64,000 nt of DNA, taken from the NCBI GenBank assembly GCA_951406725.2, contig OX597816.1, forward strand, positions 134,540,001 through 134,604,000, written 5' to 3'. The DNA is from Octopus vulgaris. Its lineage: Eukaryota. Below the pieces are notes generated by a model that saw nothing but the letters and a program-made list of their open reading frames with translations, did no database searches and was not told where the DNA came from. Of the stretch, positions 24,233-38,667 are shown one piece after another (within the stretch, counting starts at the first letter, position 1; each line of letters starts with the position of its first letter). The position numbers and the translations under genes are program-made.

Positions 24233-25350
24233 CATTTCATTTCATTTCATTTGGGTTTGAGTCCATGCTCAGGCCAAGTCGAAGACTCCACCCTCAGAGT
24301 CTGGTGTGGTTGCCAGGTTGTATTCTCTGCTTAAATTTGACATGTGTAGGAGCGAGTTTGAGTCAGTTTGTGCTCGTTGTGTATATCCTGGGAGATGGGG
24401 TTCATCTCTAATGGTGCTTAAGTATCTATCCAGTTGCAATTTGAATGATTCCACACTGCATCCTGATAGATTTCTGACATGTACCGGAATGGAGTTGAAC
24501 AGTTGTGCTCCTCGAACCAACAGACTTGATTCTCGCAGGGTTTTTGCTGCCTGGCCAGCCTTTTTGTTGATTGGTGGCAGCTGGCAGCGTCTTCCGTGGC
24601 GCAGTGAGTGGTAGGTTTTGATACCAAAGTTTGGCACCTTCTGCTCTATCATTTTCCAAATGTATATAATTCAGTATCGCTCAAATCTTCTTTCTATTGA
24701 GTACATCCTCAAGGTTTTGAGTCTTTGCCAATAGTCCAGGTCCCTCGTTTCTGAGAAGTATGAGGTAAAATTTCTTTGGAGCGATTCTATCTTAGATAGT
24801 TGGCCCTTTGTTGTTGGTGACCACAACTGAGAACAGTAGTCAATCCTCGGAAGTATCATACTGTTCCAGAGGGTTTTCATTGTTGAGGTATCTCTTGATT
24901 TGAAGGTGCGCAAGATCCACCCGCTGTACTTTCTTGCAGTAAGACAGACTGAGTCAAGGTGTTCTCTGAATTTTAGGTTGGTTCCCATGTGGATGCCTAA
25001 ATCTTTCACATACTGTTTTTCCATTATTTGTTGTCCTGATGGGTTTCTGTAGTTTGTTGTATTTTTCAGATCTTGATCTGTTCCGTAGCGAATTAGTTCA
25101 AACTTCTTATCATTGAACATGTTGTTTGTTTCCTGCCATTTATATATGGTGGTCAGGTCCTTTTGTAAGGCCTCTGTATCCACCTCGTCTTTGATTTGTC
25201 TCATGACCCTGGTGTCATCAGCAAAGGATGAGACGTTGCTGGTTGTATCTTCATCTATGTCAGAGATGAGGATGAGAAACAGGATTGGGCCGAGTACTGT
25301 ACCCTGAGGAACACTGCTGGTCACAGGTGATGGTGTTGAATGGGTTCCAT
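24233..25350 (-). mobile_element. 5'-truncated CR1-group LINE with (GAAAT)n tail
   Basis: SSVPQGTVLGPILF..FADDT..KDLGI..PRIDYCSQLWSP..YSIERRFERY, then a stop/frameshift at ~24670 and a FNSIP..FKLQLDRYL C-terminal block; tandem ATTTC repeats at 24234-24252. Confidence 0.88.
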
Positions 25351-25574
25351 TATTTTAAGATGGCTGTGATGATTTTCCTAATTTAAAAAAAAATATTAAG
25401 TGATATACTAAATTTATACTTATTGAAAGAGAGTGTCTTGAAGAAACTAGTTTATATGAGAAATTCGAGACTTATTATATCTCTATATTGTATCTAACAA
25501 AAACCATTAACTGTTGTAAGTTCAGTCTAACAATAAGTGATAAGCACTTTCTTAAATAAAGCTATAAATGTAAG

Positions 25575-26075
25575 CGTGGCTGTGTGGTTAATAAGTCTGC
25601 TTTGCAACCTTGTGGGTTCAGGTTCAATTCCACTGTGCAATATCTTGGGTATTTTTACAATAGCTCTGGAACAACCAATTACTTGTAAGTGAAATTTGGT
25701 AGAAGGAAACTCTGTGCATGCACTTCTTTTACTTGTTTGTCATTGAACTACAACCATGCTGGGACACCACCTTGAAACGTACATAGTCAAACAAATCAAA
25801 CTCAGTACTTATTCCATCAGCCTCTTTTGCCAGCCTGCTAAGTTACAGGGATGTAAAAAAACCAACACTGGTTGTCGAATGGTGGACAAGCACGCACATT
25901 TTATTTATACACACACATACATGATAGGCTTCTTTCAGTTTCCATCTACAAAATCCACTCATAAAAGATTTGGTTAACTTGGGGTTATAGTAAAAGACAC
26001 TTGTCTAAGGTGCTGTGCAGTTATACTGAACCCAAGACCACATGGTGTGAGTAAGCAAAATTAACTACACAGCTA
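25575..26075. mobile_element. Two degenerate family A SINEs in opposite orientation
   Basis: + head gtggctgtgtggtta at ~25577; - copy spans ~25730-26075. Confidence 0.6.
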
Positions 26076-28521
26076 CATGTATATAAATCTGTATGAATGT
26101 TAATATCTCTGGCTTTGCTTGTCATCATTTGAGTGAAACGACACCAAGCTATTCACATAACTTGTTGACATTATGAGTGGTTGCTCTACACATTGAAATG
26201 GAATAAAAAAAATTCCTTACTTGAAAACAGATAAAGATTGGTAGCAGGGACAACATCTGACTATAAAACTCTACCTCACATGTCCTCATCCAACCCGTGC
26301 TAGTATGGAAAAAATGGACATTCAGATTACTTTATCAACAGTAATGCTCATTCATTCCCATTGTTTTGAATTAATCATTTCATAACTTGGAAATTTCAAT
26401 GATGTGATTATTTCTTTTTAGAATGACATCATACAGTATGTGTGAAAAGCCAAATTTGGCCAGTTTTTTTTTTTTTTTCCATAAAACAGATAGAATGGAA
26501 TGGCATTAGTACCAATTCTTAATTTCCTTGCTCTAGAAAATTTAAGTGAAATTACTCCAATACATAAAATAGAGTAAGCTGCTTCCAGTCAAAGCTGGAT
26601 ATACCACATACTGGAGAGTTCAAAATCCAATTCTTCATTTTAATTTGAAGGAAAAATGCAATGGAATTAAAAGAAAATTGTTAAAAAACAAAAAAACAAA
26701 ACAACTTTATTAATATTTTGAAAACTTTTATGAAAACAACAACAACAACAACAAAAGTTGTAAAGTATATAACATTGGGTTGAGATTTAGATGCAATTTC
26801 ACTCAATTCCAATCTAAATTATAACAAAAGCTGAAATATCAGTTTGGGATGTTGGACACACATTGAACCCAAACCATTGAAATCCATGCAACATTTAAAC
26901 CCTAACTTAATAGTATTCAAATTGATTTAAAATAAAGAGGTCAATTTTCTTTTTTTTTTTTAACTCATGACCATTATTTTAACTTTGTATTATTATCCGA
27001 AGCACTCACATAGAGAAACTTATGTAATAACTGATGAGAACACTGAAATAAAATTATCTGAGAAATAAATAGTTTAATTCCTCTGCTGCCTTTTAAAAAA
27101 AATATTTATTTTTTCAGCACACTAGAACTCTTAGTCATAACTAATCGTTGGAGCAAAGATCTTTATAATCAAAACTAGAAACAAGGAGTGGAAAAAAATA
27201 TGAGTTGGTTGTTAAAACAGAACTGGATTAGCACAAGTTCATTAAGTACTTTGACAACTTTTAAGTAAAATTAAAAATCAATTTATAATGGGTTGTTGTA
27301 TGTTATTAAACGTGAAAAGATATTAAACTGTTTTGTCTGTTTTTCTTTTTTAAATAAGTTTTATTTCCATAAAGAGGCCTATAAATATTAAGTTCAAACT
27401 TGTAAAATTACAATATTATTGAAAGATATAAAGAACAACTTATTCCCCTCCTGTGGAAATTTGTGTATTTGTATGTCTTTGCAGGGTATAATTTTTCATA
27501 TTTTATTACCACAGGTTTTATTAGAGAGAATAGTTGTTTAAAGAGACTATGTTTTAATTGATAAAATGCAAAGTGTGATTTAAAAAGTTTCATTGTAGTA
27601 GACCCTATTTGCTCTGGTAATTCAAGAGTGTTAATTATAATTCTATTGAAAAAGTAAATAGGTTAACATTCAACATCAATAACCTAAAACAATTCAGTCA
27701 TTTCAGGAATGATATTAATAGAGTTTTATACATTGAAAAGAATAGTATAGAACTGGATGGTTAGGTATGTTATTTAAGAATAAACTATAAGAATTGTTAA
27801 TCTTTTAATTTGGTGAATTTCACATCTTTCCACATGCAATAAAACAAGTTATTTATGTTTAAAAAAAAAGGAAAACAAAAAAGTCTTTTTGTAATCATTC
27901 ATCAATTTCTCAGATATTTGCATGCAAGTCTTTATGATAAGTAGAGGAAAACAGATATATAAAATTTCAAAAAGTACTCAAATTATAAAAATTCCAAGAA
28001 AATAATTTCTCAAAATGTTCTTTAGATTCTGAGTAGAATGGAATTTTGTGTTTTCTCTAAGAATTATTTAGTTTCTTTAGAATGTGTGTTTTGAATAAAA
28101 GTTTTGAGACTGTCTGTTAAAGAAAGTGCTGTAGAAATAGATTTTGTATTTATATTGTCACTAGTTTTAAATGTTAAACAAAGTCTTTAAACCTCTGAAT
28201 AACAGATGTATGAACATAGAATTTGCATTCACATCTAAACATATGGGTGTGGATATTTACACAACATTCATATAAATGAAATGTTTAGATTTATTTTCAT
28301 AAGGAAGATCCAAAGATATGAACATAGAAATGCTCCAAGAAATGGATATTTCTGAAGAATCAATTGTCTTTTATCATAAAAGTTCCATTGAAAACAAATA
28401 CTGAATTAATAGTTTATTGCATGTGATTATTATTATTGCATGTAATACAGCATTATTGTTTCACTCATTATTGCATGGGATATCAACATTATTTCTGTGA
28501 TAACCTTTCCTGCACATATTA

Positions 28522-28522
28522 A

Positions 28523-28554
<32 letters not shown>

Positions 28555-28560
28555 ATAGTA
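28522..28560. repeat. (TAG)n microsatellite
   Basis: About 10 tandem TAG units. Confidence 0.9.
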
Positions 28561-28626
28561 TTAGTGATACAGTCTCAGACTTGAGAAATTTAATAATTTA
28601 TATGATCAAAATCTAATAATTTATAA

Positions 28627-29214
28627 CAGGGATCCACAACCACTGGGCCTTGGATCTTGATCCTTTGGTATTGGGCCACACAGAAAAAATAAATTTTTAA
28701 ATTTTATTTCCATTTTATTGACTATTGGAGTCTGAAGGTTGTTTTTTTTCCATTATATATGTTACATATGTAATATTGCATGAAGGTGTGTGGCTTAGTG
28801 ACTAGTGTATATGGCTCATAATTGTAAGGTTGTGAGTTTAATACCTGACAGCATTTTGTGTCCTTGAGCAAGACACTTTATTTCATGTTGCTCTAGTCTA
28901 CTCAGCCTGGCAAAAATTAGCTGTACCTGTAATTAAAAAGGCCAGCTTTGTTGCATTGTGTCACATTGAATCTCCCTAAGAACTATGTTAAGGGTATGCA
29001 GGTCTGTGGACTGCTTATGAGCAGGCTGTTCCATTGATTGGATCAACTAGGAAACACTTATCATAACTGACAGAGTGACAGTTTTAGTTATATGTAATAA
29101 TTAAATTATACATTATGCACTTTGTGTTTTGTTATATGCATGATCCTCTTGTCCATGGAAAAATTGTCTTGCACGAAATCAGTTCATAATGCAAAAAAAA
29201 GTTGGGGACCGCTG
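28627..29214. mobile_element. hAT-type MITE with a nested SINE (~28783-29085)
   Basis: CAGGGATCCACAAC ... GTTGGGGACCGCTG termini; 8-bp TSD ATTTATAA on both sides. Confidence 0.8.
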
Positions 29215-29425
29215 ATTTATAACATGAAAAAGTTATTCTGAAGATTTGGTTTTAGAATTTAAACATTAGTTAACCAAGTATTAAAAGATTAGGGATGACA
29301 TATTAAACATGTCTATGTAAAAACATCTATATTATAGAGAAATATTTCAAAGTCATGTAATGCTATATGAAGTAAATAAACGAAAAAAAAAGACATCTTT
29401 CAACATGTAGCCCAAGAACAATAAT

Positions 29426-30150
29426 TGGCAGAATTCTGGTTTAAGCACTCCATATAACTCCTCATAACCTTTTTATTTCCTGCAATTTTCAGAAAACTTT
29501 TGTGAATTTGAGTTTTACATATGAAAAAATTATAAAAGAAAAATTTTTTTGTGATTTAAGGGCAATTTAGTTGTTATTTTTAGCACATTCCACAACCACG
29601 ATACCTTTCTCACTCTGAAATGTATTGATGTTTTTCAATATTTTTTCCCTCCCCCATAAACACATTTAATGGAATGATGATGCCATTGCTAGGATTTAAC
29701 CCTTCTGTTACCAACCCAGCTGAAACCGGCTATGGCTCTGTAGTACAAATATCTTGTTTTCATAAGTTTTGAATTAAAATCTTCTACCAAACCTTAGTCA
29801 TAATTTATGTTCCTAACACTAGCTTAATGATAACTAAATTATTTTACTAAATTCTTTGTTATATTTAAAGTAACTGAAAGAAGCACAGAGCATCTCAAAA
29901 TAAATACAGTAACGAAAGGATTAAGCAAAAATTTCAAACTGTCTGCATTTTAAACTGATTAAAAAAAAAATTCAAAAAGTGGAAATTTTAGGATTTTGGG
30001 GAGTAAGGTTTGTTTCAAAAATGAAAAAAAGTTTTTTTTTCATAATCACATGAATTCTCATTTGCAAAAACTTTCAGAAAATTCCCCCAAAATAAAAAAG
30101 CTATGAAGGGTTATATGGGGTTATGGGGTGCTTAAACCAGAATTCTGCCC
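29426..30150. mobile_element. Unclassified TIR element with ~100-bp degenerate inverted ends and a nested piggyBac MITE
   Basis: GGCAGAATTCTGGTTTAAGCAC at 29427 and its exact revcomp ending at 30149; flanks aataat/agtaat. Confidence 0.7.
29700..29920 (-). mobile_element. piggyBac-type MITE, family 1
   Basis: Revcomp of 2896-3117; TTAA on both sides. Confidence 0.8.
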
Positions 30151-30514
30151 AGTAATTACTCAACTATCTGTGAATATACTTATTTGTCCTGAAATCTATT
30201 TCTATACAAGATATCCTAATTTGTCAATATATTAGATGTGAAAAAAGCAGAACCAAAGTGTATGTAGAAGAGATATTGTCAGATATCATAGGTTTAATGA
30301 ACATTGCAGAAAGCAATATATGGACTGTTATTCATAAGAATGTTATTAATTATCTGGCTGGTTGCATAAAATAGCAACACAAGTGTCCATCATATCTGTA
30401 AATATAAGTTACAGAAAATTCAGGATATAAAAAAAAAAAGGGGGGGGTAAGGAAAAACAACACCCGAATGGCTTATAAATGAAACTGTATGTTCACCCTT
30501 GGAGAAATAACAAT

Positions 30515-31546
30515 AATAATCCTTACTACTAAAGGCACAAGGCCTGAAATTTGGGGGAGGGAGACAGTTGATTATATCAACCCCAGTACTCAACTGCTAC
30601 TTATTTTATCAACCCTGAAAGGATGAAAGGTAAAGTTCACCTTGGCGGAATTTGAACTCAAAATGTAAAGGCGGACAAAATGCTAAGTATATTGTCCATC
30701 GTGCTAATGATTCTGCCAGCTTACCACCTTAATAATAATGCTGCTTTCTACTATAGTCACAAGGACTGAAATTTCATGGGGAGGAGGCTAATCGATTACA
30801 TTGATCCCAGTGTTTCACTGGTACTTAATTTATTGACCCCAAAAGGATGAAAGGCAAAGTCAACCTCAGCGGCATTTGAACTCAGAACATAAAGACGGAC
30901 AAAGAACCTCCTCCAATATGCTAACAATTCTGCCAGCTCACTGCTTCTATGATAATCTTAATTTGGTCTCAAGGCTAGAAAGTTTTTAAGAGGAAGGGAG
31001 AAGCTGTTTCTGTCAACCTCAGTACTTGACTGTTACTTTATTGAGCTTGAAAGGATGGTAGGCAAAGTTGATCTTGGCATGAACTGAACTCAGAACATAA
31101 AGAGCAGGAATATGTGCCACTAAGTATTTTGTCTGATGAGCTGATTCTGCCAGCTCACTGCCTTAATAATGATAAAATAAATAAAAATAATATATTCTAC
31201 AATGCCAGCATTTTGAGGAGAAGGGAAGTCAATTGCATTGACCCTAGTGCTCAAGCAATACTTATTTTATTGACTCAGAAAGAATAAAAGATATGCCAAC
31301 GATTTTGCCAACTCACCACCTTAATGATAATTCTTTCTACTATAGGCACAAGCCCTGCAATTTTGGGGAACAAGGTTAATCAATTACATCGATCCCAGGC
31401 TTTACTGGTACTTATTTTATTGAACCTGACAGAATGAATGGCTAAGTGGACCTTGGTGGAATTTCAACTCAGAATGTAAAGACAGATGAAATGCTGCAAA
31501 GCATCTTTCCTGGGCTTGCTAACAATTCTGCCAGCTCACCACCTTA
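30515..31546 (-). mobile_element. Head-to-tail array of five tRNA-derived SINEs, family B
   Basis: Repeating ~210-nt unit (gaaaggatgaaaggcaaagt..gaatttgaactcagaa..ttctgccagctcaccaccttaa); fourth copy internally deleted. Confidence 0.85.
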
Positions 31547-34500
31547 ATTAAACAATAAAATAAATTAAATTTTAAAAAAAATGGATACGATGAACCAACA
31601 GAAAACAACAGCATTTTGGGTATTGGTGATTTCAATGAATAACTAAGATGTTTTCTCAAAACATTGACGTACGTTCAATTCTGAACAATATGAAATGGAA
31701 GGGAGTATAAATTGCAGCTTCATGTGTAATGATAGTGATATAGGTATGTCAAAGATCATATAAATGTTGAAAAGAGAGAAGGCGGTGGTGAAGGAGAAAA
31801 ATGTTGTGAGGGATCACAGAATTCAGCTAATATGTGCTAATGTTTTTATCAGCTTTCTTTTCTGAAATATTGTTACCAATCCATTTTGTTGTGAGATTGG
31901 GCATGTTCATACTCATCTACATCTCTGTGAATGTGTATATTTTAACTCTATTGAATGCTCATCTATGTCTGTATGAGTGTTGTTCTCATATTTAGAAAAC
32001 TCAAATAATTGAAATGATACTTTAGGGACAACTGCAAAGCTTAAAGCCCAAGATGATTTGTGTAAATTATTTGACCGAGAGCAAAAGTTAGGTAATGTTG
32101 GTATGTTATTTGGTACACATTTATGTGTTGGATGATAATTTTCTCTGATCTTTTTGCTACTGGTAATGTGTGATGGATCTTTAAGGTGTTTAAAAGTTTG
32201 GACTTTGTACCAAATATAAATAAACTCAACAACATATACCAACATCACAGTTAATCATTAAAACATCTAAAACACTTGCAACTAAACTTATACACCATTC
32301 AGAGTTGGTGTACAACAGTTTACTTATCCACAATACATAAAGAAACTAACATCAATAATTTTCTCAGCAGGCCTTGAATACACAAAATAATTTTCCCTTT
32401 ATATAAATACTGTATGAGAGAGAGATCATCATCTAATGTCTTTTCCATGCTGGCATGTGTTGGACAGGTTGACAGGAACTGGCTACACCTGGTTCTGTAA
32501 CTTGGTTTCTATGGCTGGATGTTCTTCCTAATGCTAAACTCTTATCTGTCCACAAACTAATATACAAAACACAAAGGAAAGCATTTTTTAATCTCTTAAT
32601 CTCTAATAATAACCACACAAACAACTGCAGTCATCATATTATCACATGACCCATATTTGCTAAATGGCTTGTCATCAACTCAAAATTTAAAACTACACAT
32701 AATATACAAAAATAATATAACAAACGACAAAATCAAACAAATCCTGTACTGCCTAATTTCAAATAGTAGGCATATAATACAAAGTAATCAATTAGCAGTT
32801 ATTAAATTTCATAACGAAAGGCTAACATTCTATTGTCACAAGAAAATTCAATATTTATAACTTGACCTAATACAAACAACGTTGAAATTATAGACACCAC
32901 TATGAAAATTAATAGATACAACATACAATTTCAGTGCTCCAGCATAGGCACAGCCCACTGTACTAGAATACATAAAATAACAACTACACAGCCATCAAAA
33001 TTTCTCATAAACCAATGTTTCATATAAAGATCGTACACAACAGACTAGCACACACAATTACAAACTATTTGAGTGTAAATGAAGAGATCCCAAACACCAC
33101 TAACATGACACAGAGTGTGGAGAGGAGGCAGGAAGTCGAATACTCTACAGCAAGTGATGTGAGAGTAGGTAAATGAAATGACTAAATGATATTAAAAGTA
33201 TTTAGTTGAAGAGGGATTGGCAATCTTCATAACTTTTGTAGACCTTCCAAAGTTGGTGAAATCATGTAACTGATGAAGATAATGGTATGTGTACAATGTG
33301 TATCTGTTGTGCTAAAGTCAAATTCTTTATTTCAATGTAACAATGTTATTTCATACATTTTTAACGTAAGAAAGTCAAATCTCCTGCTCTTTTTGGACAA
33401 TATACATTTTATGTATTGAAGCCAGGTTTTATAAACAAAAACATTTTGAAAATTTTTTTTTAAATGTCTGAACAAAATGCTCTGTAAAATAACTATTTTT
33501 CACTTGTTCAGAAAAAACATGCTCCCACCATCTTTTTTTTAAAAATCAACTTTACACCTAAAATTTAAAAAAAGCCTTCAAAAGAAAAGATATATAAAAA
33601 GATCTGTATAAATATTCACTAAATAAAAAAAACATTTCCCAAGAAATTAGGATAGTATTAATACAGTCAGATCTAGACTAGGAAATTGTCAACTTCATAA
33701 ATGAAGAATGAATAAAATTATTTTAAGAAATCAAATCATATGGGTTGGAAGACTATATCAATTGATGATCATTTATAATAAGAGAAATACATTTATTAAT
33801 TAAGCAAGACAAATTTGAAGAAGTAAAATTTAATGTTTTACAAGAGATATAATACAGAGTCTGCAATAAAACATGAACCCTAGGAACCAAAAGACTGGTG
33901 CCCAAACCACATAGCTGTTAGGTATTTTCAAATGATAAACTATTTGATAAATTAATTTTACATTATCTATTTCAATGAATTCTTTTAATTTACATACATT
34001 ATTAGTGGTTGTCTAATGCTTGTGAGTTGATATCCCTATATTGAAAACCCTATATGGTATGTTTGTTAGTGATGAAGATCTGTAATATATTTTAGAATGT
34101 TAAAAATAAAATAATGAAAAACATACTAACCATTAAGAGCACAACATTTTTGTTAATCAAAAGACAAGATTTTAGTTGTATTTTGAGCAATAAGGGGATT
34201 TCCCTTTAATAGATCTTTGATAATTATCACAAGTTAATCACAAATGTAAAATAAAAACAAGAATGTCTGCATCAACTTTACAATTATATATACAACCATC
34301 TACATTTGTATATATACATTTATGTATGCATATATCTGTGATATATTGTACAAACAGTGTACTGATCAATATCATAAAATTTACTCGATCACAATATCAC
34401 AAAATATATGTAATATTCTTAAATAAAAAAATGTACTGTGCTTTCAGAAAATATGAAATGCAGAGTAATAGTACTTAATTTATCCAAAGTATACTCTGGA

Positions 34501-37399
34501 TACATATTTGAATAAAAACTGAGGAGAAATGAAGTTGAAAATGGTAAAAAAAATCACATTGGACAGTTATATGTAAACTATAGTTATGACAGAACTGAAT
34601 GATGAATCTAAAGAGATTTCCAAGTATTTTGTATTTTTTTTACATGTCACTAGCAGTTAATTTTAATGTATTCAGATAATGTGCATTGTAGTGAAATAAA
34701 CAAATGCAAAGTTTGCCCTATTCAAGCAGATCCATGATCAAAGATGTTCTAGCTATGACCATCTTGTATGTTTTAGCTTCTAGTACAACAGAATGTAATT
34801 TGAGGGAAATTTGACTGCTTCAGTAGGTCAAGCAACTGCAGAGGTTCCCAAATTAGCTCACTGTTGAAAAGTGATATATCTCCAGTGGCACACAGATGGT
34901 TGATAAATACAGTTATTAACAGTAATGTATGTACTATTTGTTAGATGTGATGTAAATTATATATTAGCAGTGTGCGTTACAGAACGTTTGGATTTGAACT
35001 AAGCATATTATCATTTTCCCAGATAATAAAACTTACAAATGTAGTTACCATTTTTACTGGATAACTAGTTTTGGTTGGACTGGCATAAGTAAGAGATTCA
35101 AAACATGTATAGAAGCACTTTAAATTTTATCAAAATGATGATACTAAAAAAAAAAAACTAGAAACAAAAAAAAATAATCCAAATTATTCTTGAACAAATT
35201 TTGATTTATACATAGCAGGTATGATGTTTTAAAAAAATGAATATTTTATTTTTATTTAAAAAAATCTCCCCAAAAAAACTGAAAAACAAATCTTTACAGA
35301 GTTTTTATTTTGGAGAAAAATACAAATGAAATGAAAGGTAAAATATTTATAACAAACTGACAACAAATTATATATATTTGGAATTTAATTTTTTTTTTAA
35401 ATTCACAAATACTTGACACAACTTGATTAAAAACAATTGACCTAGATACAATAGTGAGTGAGATTGTATATATGTATGAAAGAAAAAAAAAAGAGAGGAG
35501 GGACGAAGATGATAAATATTTTACACAGCATGGGAGAATATATATCAGAAAATGATAAATACCCAATAATGTCTGGTAATAAGTCAACAAGTGGCTCATT
35601 CTTCACACAACAAGTTGTCAAATAAAATAGGAGCGTTCAGTGAGTCCAATTGCTCTAAGTAGCATAAAATCTAACACAAGGACACTTGAGTTGGATATGA
35701 CACCCCTACAACTGAACTTATTAAATTCTCCTGGTGAAAAACTGTTGCTGAGGTAGAACATCACTTGTTTCCTCAGATTCCGGATTATACCCCTAACAAA
35801 TGAAATATTGATGATACCTAATACAAACTGTTAAATAATTATAAACATGAAGACACTTCAGAATACTTTCCTTTTATTTTAGGTAGCAAGAAAATACTCT
35901 GTACCAGTTTGTTATATATATACGTATTAAAAAACAAATTTGAATAGTTTATTTGAAATGAACATAAGAAAAATTGGTTTATTCTTCATTTATAAAGAAT
36001 AAAATAGGTTTCCAGAATACGCAAAAAGCTTTGATCAATCTTTTAATCAGAACAACAATGCAATATTCAACCAATATAAAACAATATACAATCCAACTGA
36101 TTGTACTCAACAACTATTTCTGCACTGCAGATTACTTTGATATTGGTAGGATGTGTGTTTTCCCTAACTGGCATCAGGGATGAGCAAAGAAATAATGTAT
36201 ACCAAAGGTGAAACCAAGTCCATCAGTCAAGCTTCAAACTGCTGAAGACCCAAAGATGTGTGTGTGTGTGTGAAAGATATTAAAAAGGTAAACTGTTTCA
36301 GTCAGAACCTAGAGTTAAAAATGAAGTAATATATGAACATATCAGTGATATTTTACTTGAAAGTATGCTGAATGTGATGGACGGTTAGCTGGTAGAATAA
36401 TTTTGACAAAGACTTATAGTTGTACATTGGCAGAATAAGTTTGTCTATAATATCCACATGATTAAAAAAAATTACAAGGACAGAGAATTCCAAATAAAAA
36501 ATATTTGGTAAGAAATTTTAAATTATAAAGAAACTAAAGTAAGAAGTGAAAGAATTCTGACATTACCAAAAAAAGAAAAAAAAAACTCATCAATACAATG
36601 AGATACAAATCACTTCAATAGAATAAGATGGCATGTCATTTCATTATAACAGTCTTGGAACATTATTTCCCCAAACTATATATTCTTTTGAATATAGTAG
36701 AAATACATTTTACAATAAGGTGAAGATCAAAATAGCTAAATGCTGATCTACTGATAAAAATTTTTTTAAATCATATAATAAACAAGTTAAATAGTCTTTC
36801 ACAATATATCACATTAGTAATTAATGTGAGTTTCATTTTAGCAGACCAGTAATTCCACTGGTAAGTGTATTCCATAACTGAGATGTAGTTTATTCAGAAA
36901 CACAAAACTTCATGAAAGCTGTAGCTATGTCTTACGAGAGGACCTCGAGGCAATGCGAAACTTCCAGTAATACTATCTTAATTATGTAATTTAACACTGT
37001 AAAATACATACACTGAATTATCATGTTAGTTATTGAATAGCATGGCATGTGGACCAATATGGACCAATATAACAATAGTATTTTAATTTAATTGCAAATA
37101 TTAAGTTCAATTAGGAAGAGGTGGGAAAATAAGTGACAGAAGGATAAAATCAAAGAATACAAAGGAAATTCAGTATTTTGGATAGAATAGTTAATGACCA
37201 GGTTGTGTAAAGATAAAAGAATTGGAAAAAAAGACCCTTTCAAGATTTTAAAAAAAAAACAAGTATTGCAATTAGAGATAAAGAAGTATTATAATTAGAA
37301 GGGGAAAACAGTGAAGTTGGTATTTTTGTTAAAAACAAACAACAAATATCATTTAATATAAAGTTGTACATGCCTTTATAATCTGTGGAGATCAATTTC

Positions 37400-37623
37400 T
37401 AATCATTGTGGATTTCTTAAAAGATTAAAATATCTTCAAATTACATGGTTCAATGCAAATAGAGAATTGATTGTGCGTCAAAAGAAACCATTAAAATTTT
37501 TGCAAAGACTGATAGGGTGTTTTCTTTCTCATGTGAAGCAGAAGAAAACATGGCTTTACTGTTGACAGTGGACTTTTCTGGAAATGTTGCTTCAATTCAT
37601 TTATAATGGCAAGGTTTATTCAC
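37400..37623 (-). other. ANKRD27: Probable start of ANKRD27 terminal (mostly 3'UTR) exon; 3' end unknown
   Basis: ctgtattttcag acceptor at 37625-37624 is a plausible partner for the 39070 donor. Confidence 0.45.
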
Positions 37624-37722
37624 CTGAAAATACAGATTTTATATAATTATAATGTACAGATTTTATAAAGATACTTTTCACAAATCCTATAACAACAACA
37701 ATAATAATAGGAATTACAGATT

Positions 37723-37986
37723 TGAGATGTATTCCAGAAGTTTTGAGACATTTCAGGAGAGACATCTCTTTTACTCTTTTACCTGTTTCAGTCATTTGAC
37801 TGTGGCCATGCTAGATTACCACCTTTAGTCAAGCAAATCAACCCCAGGGCTTATTCTTTGTAAGCCTAGTACTTTTTCTATCAGTCTCTTATGCCGAACC
37901 GCTAAGTTACGGGGACATAAAAACACCACCATCGTTTGTCAAGAGATGTTGGGGGAACTAACACACACACACACACATACATACAT

Positions 37987-38021
<35 letters not shown>

Positions 38022-38667
38022 GACGGTCTTCTTTCAGTCTCCATCTACCAAATCCACTCACAAGGCTTTAGTCAGCCCAAGGCTATAGTAGAAGACACTT
38101 GCCCAAGGTGCCACACAGTGGGAATGAATCCGGAACCATGTGGTTGGTAAGCAAGCTACTTACCACACAGCCACTCCTGTGCCTATTAATCTATTAATTT
38201 TAAAGAAGTACAAAACTAATTTCCTTCAACGCAGGATCCTCTGACTTCAGTGCACTTGTTATAGTACTCTAGCTACTTCAAGAAGACCCTATGGAAGTCC
38301 TCCAAAACAAAGGTATCTAGGACCCTTGTCACAGCCTCCTCCTCCTCTTCAATGAGGTTCTTTTTCAGCTTGGGAAAAAAACAAAAAGTCACAAGGTCTG
38401 GGCTGTAGGGAGGGTGAGGGACAGTTTTGATGCCCATCCCTGTCAAGCAGTTGTTTACCAGGATGGAATTGTGAGAAGCAGTGTTTAGTAAGTTGTGACA
38501 AGTTGTGTTCAAAGTGTTGTTACAGCTGTCTCCTTCAATTTGGAATAACAAAAGTTGGCAGGTCAGCTCATTAGACGTATAGTAATGATATATTAAAATT
38601 ACAATATTCTAGAAAAGTTATAACTGCCACTCCAAAAAATGTCTCAAAACTTCTGATATGCACCTCA
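37723..38667 (-). mobile_element. Internally deleted mariner with a nested SINE
   Basis: Inverted ends (gagatgtattccagaagttttgagaca / tgtctcaaaacttctgatatgcacctc); PHPPYSPDL..FFPKLK remnant at 38273-38470. Confidence 0.75.
37765..38183 (-). mobile_element. tRNA-derived SINE, family A, full length
   Basis: Collinear with 22509-22926. Confidence 0.85.
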
